This document shows positions 12,870 to 14,878 of a stretch of 14,878 bases of DNA, piece by piece. A program made the position numbers and the translations under genes. Below the pieces are notes generated by a model, which did no database searches, had not been told where the DNA came from, and saw only the letters and a list, made by a program, of their open reading frames with translations. The stretch's first letter is position 1, and each line of letters opens with the position of its first letter. The stretch is from Armatimonadota bacterium. Lineage in GTDB: Bacteria > Sysuimicrobiota > Sysuimicrobiia > Sysuimicrobiales > Humicultoraceae. The stretch is taken from positions 1 through 14,878 of the forward strand of contig JBQTJP010000033.1 of assembly GCA_052386995.1 (NCBI GenBank), in the 5' to 3' direction.

Positions 12870-14878
12870 ATGCCCCGCCGCCAATTCGAGATCGACGATA
12901 TCCTGCGCATTCGCTTCCCTCACGATCCGGCCCTGTCGCCCGACGGCCGGCGCGCGGTCTTCGCGCTCGCCCGCCTCGATCACGACGCCAATGAATTTCG
13001 CGGAAACCTGTGGATCGTCCCTGCGGCGGGCGGCGAGTCCGTGCCGTTGACGGCGGACGAGGCACGAGACACTCAGCCTGTCTGGTCACCCGACGGCCGG
13101 TGGATCGCCTTTCTTTCGGACCGCGGGGGCAGACAGCGCGGTCGCAAGCGGCCCGCGATGCAGCTCTGGGTGATGCCCGCGGACGGCGGCGAGGCGCGGC
13201 CACTCACCTTCTTTGCGGCCGGCGTGAGTCAGCCGGTATGGTCGCCCGACAGCACCGCGCTGGCCTTCGTCTCGCGCGGCACCCTCGACCGGCCGGAAGT
13301 GCCGGGTGAGGACGACGACGTCATCGTACGCGAGATCAGCCGGCCGAAATACAAGTTCGATGGCATGGGATTCCTGGATGGCTACTCGCACATCTGGACC
13401 GTTCCGGTCACCGGTGGTGCGGACGGCGCCGCCCCCGCGGGCCTGCGGCGCCTGACGGACGGCGAGTACGATCACGATTCCCCGGCGTGGCTCCCCGCCG
13501 GACACGAAATCGTGTGTGCCACCAACCGGACTCCGGAGGCGGACTTCTCGTTCGTCCGCGATCTCTGGGCCGTCGACGTGCGGACCGGGGCGCTCAGGCA
13601 GATCACGCGCAACAACGGACCCTGCGTGTCACCCGTCCCTTCTCCCGATGGCCGCTGGATTGCGTTTGTCGGCCACGATTTCCACGCGAAGAGCGCGACC
13701 AACATGGGCGTCTGGATCGTGCCCTCCTCCGGCGGAGCCGCCACGAATCTCACCGCGGCGTTCGACCGTTCGGTCGGATGTGCGGTCGGGAGCGATGCCA
13801 GGCTCGCCCCGATGTTCCCGACGCTGGTCTGGATGCCGGACGGCGGCGAGATCGTCTTCTTCGCGACCGATCGCGGGAGCGCGCATCTCTATCGCGTGGG
13901 CGTCGCCGACCGGACGGTGCGCCAGCTGACCGATGGGTCGGAGGTCATCGCCGACCTCTGCGGTGCCGCGGGGACCGTCGTCTACCAGCGGATGACCCCC
14001 ACATCGTCGGACGAACTCTGGGCGCTGGGGCCCTCGGGCGGCCCCAGGCGACTCGTGGGGCTCAATGACGAGGTGCTCACCGCCCTGGAGGTTCGTGCGC
14101 CGCAGCGCTTTTCGTACACCGGCGTCGACGGCTGGCCGATGGACGGCTGGTTCCTGACCCCGCCGGGCTTCGACCCCGCGAAACGGTACCCCGCGATCCT
14201 CCGCATCCACGGCGGCCCGCACTCCGCCTACGGCGATACGTTCAACCACTACGTGCACCTGCTGGCGGCGCGCGGCTATGTCGTTCTCTGGACGAACCCG
14301 CGGGGTAGCCAGGGGTATGGCGAGGCGTTCGCCCAGGCCGTGGTCGAAGACTGGGGCGGAAAGGACAGCGCGGACATCCTCTTGGGTCTGGAGCACATCA
14401 TCGCCCACCGCTTCATCGACCCCGAGCGCCTGGCGGTCACCGGCGGGTCCTACGGCGGGTTCATGACGAACTGGCTGATCACGCACACCGATCGGTTTCG
14501 GTGCGCTGTGACGGAGGTGTGCGTGAGCAACCTGCATAGTTTCTTTGGGACGAGCGACGTCGGCGCCACATGGGGCGAGGTCGAATGGGGCGCAAACCCC
14601 TGGGACGATCCCGGCGCCCTCCTGGCGCACTCGCCCCTCGCCTACGTGAAGAATGTGAAGACGCCGGTGCTGATCATCGGCAACGAAGCCGATCACCGCT
14701 GCCCGATCGAGCAGTCCGAGCAGTTCTACATCGCCTTGAGGAAACTGGGCAAAGAAGCCGAGTTCCTGCGGTTCCTCGACTCGAGCCATCAGATGAGCTC
14801 GAACGGCCGGCCCAAGCCGCGCATCGAGCGCCTTCGCAGGCTGGTGGCATGGTTCGACCGGCACCTGCAGCCCGCGGC
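12870..14878 (+). CDS. Second S9 family serine peptidase, truncated by the window end (at least 669 aa); absent from the ORF track because it has no stop in the window
   Basis: Manual translation gives MPRRQFEIDDILRIRFPHDPALSPDGR..., 'WSPDG' repeats, 'IHGGPH', 'NPRGSQGYG', 'GGSYGGF', 'EADHRCP', 'SSHQMS' and ...'WFDRHLQPA'. The start, catalytic Ser and C-terminus are in the same frame. Confidence 0.95.
   Translation, partial: MPRRQFEIDDILRIRFPHDPALSPDGRRAVFALARLDHDANEFRGNLWIVPAAGGESVPLTADEARDTQPVWSPDGRWIAFLSDRGGRQRGRKRPAMQLWVMPADGGEARPLTFFAAGVSQPVWSPDSTALAFVSRGTLDRPEVPGEDDDVIVREISRPKYKFDGMGFLDGYSHIWTVPVTGGADGAAPAGLRRLTDGEYDHDSPAWLPAGHEIVCATNRTPEADFSFVRDLWAVDVRTGALRQITRNNGPCVSPVPSPDGRWIAFVGHDFHAKSATNMGVWIVPSSGGAATNLTAAFDRSVGCAVGSDARLAPMFPTLVWMPDGGEIVFFATDRGSAHLYRVGVADRTVRQLTDGSEVIADLCGAAGTVVYQRMTPTSSDELWALGPSGGPRRLVGLNDEVLTALEVRAPQRFSYTGVDGWPMDGWFLTPPGFDPAKRYPAILRIHGGPHSAYGDTFNHYVHLLAARGYVVLWTNPRGSQGYGEAFAQAVVEDWGGKDSADILLGLEHIIAHRFIDPERLAVTGGSYGGFMTNWLITHTDRFRCAVTEVCVSNLHSFFGTSDVGATWGEVEWGANPWDDPGALLAHSPLAYVKNVKTPVLIIGNEADHRCPIEQSEQFYIALRKLGKEAEFLRFLDSSHQMSSNGRPKPRIERLRRLVAWFDRHLQPA

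Noticed and set aside
3353..14864. Long antisense or alternate-frame ORFs (e.g. 3353-4522, 5102-5923, 8132-9007, 9956-10969, 13629-14864)
   Set aside because: Shadow ORFs expected in high-GC DNA; they have no motifs and overlap well-supported genes.

Overview
GC-rich bacterial chromosomal window (roughly 70% GC by eye), densely coding, with no rRNA, tRNA, CRISPR array or intact mobile element visible. Gene order: ankyrin-repeat protein; HU; a 38-aa six-cysteine zinc-ribbon microprotein missed by the ORF track; a signal-peptide-bearing FAD oxidoreductase (minus strand); a small membrane protein; a tightly coupled five-gene run (hypothetical, degenerate PrsW-like membrane protein, TPR protein, orphan CcmH, metallophosphoesterase); S9 peptidase 1; PduO-type cobalamin adenosyltransferase coupled to a CWH43/PGAP2IP-like membrane EEP protein; a frameshifted 3' remnant of a PIN-family toxin gene in the intergenic gap; a D-threonine aldolase/DSD1-family PLP enzyme and tag (minus strand); and S9 peptidase 2, which runs off the window end. 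The most notable items are the microprotein in frame with HU, the apparently catalytically dead PrsW-like protein within a ccmH-containing cluster, a recurring AGGR-N17-19-GAAY (sigma-H-like) promoter motif upstream of five genes, and the PIN remnant. All family calls come from motif recognition by eye; no searches were run.
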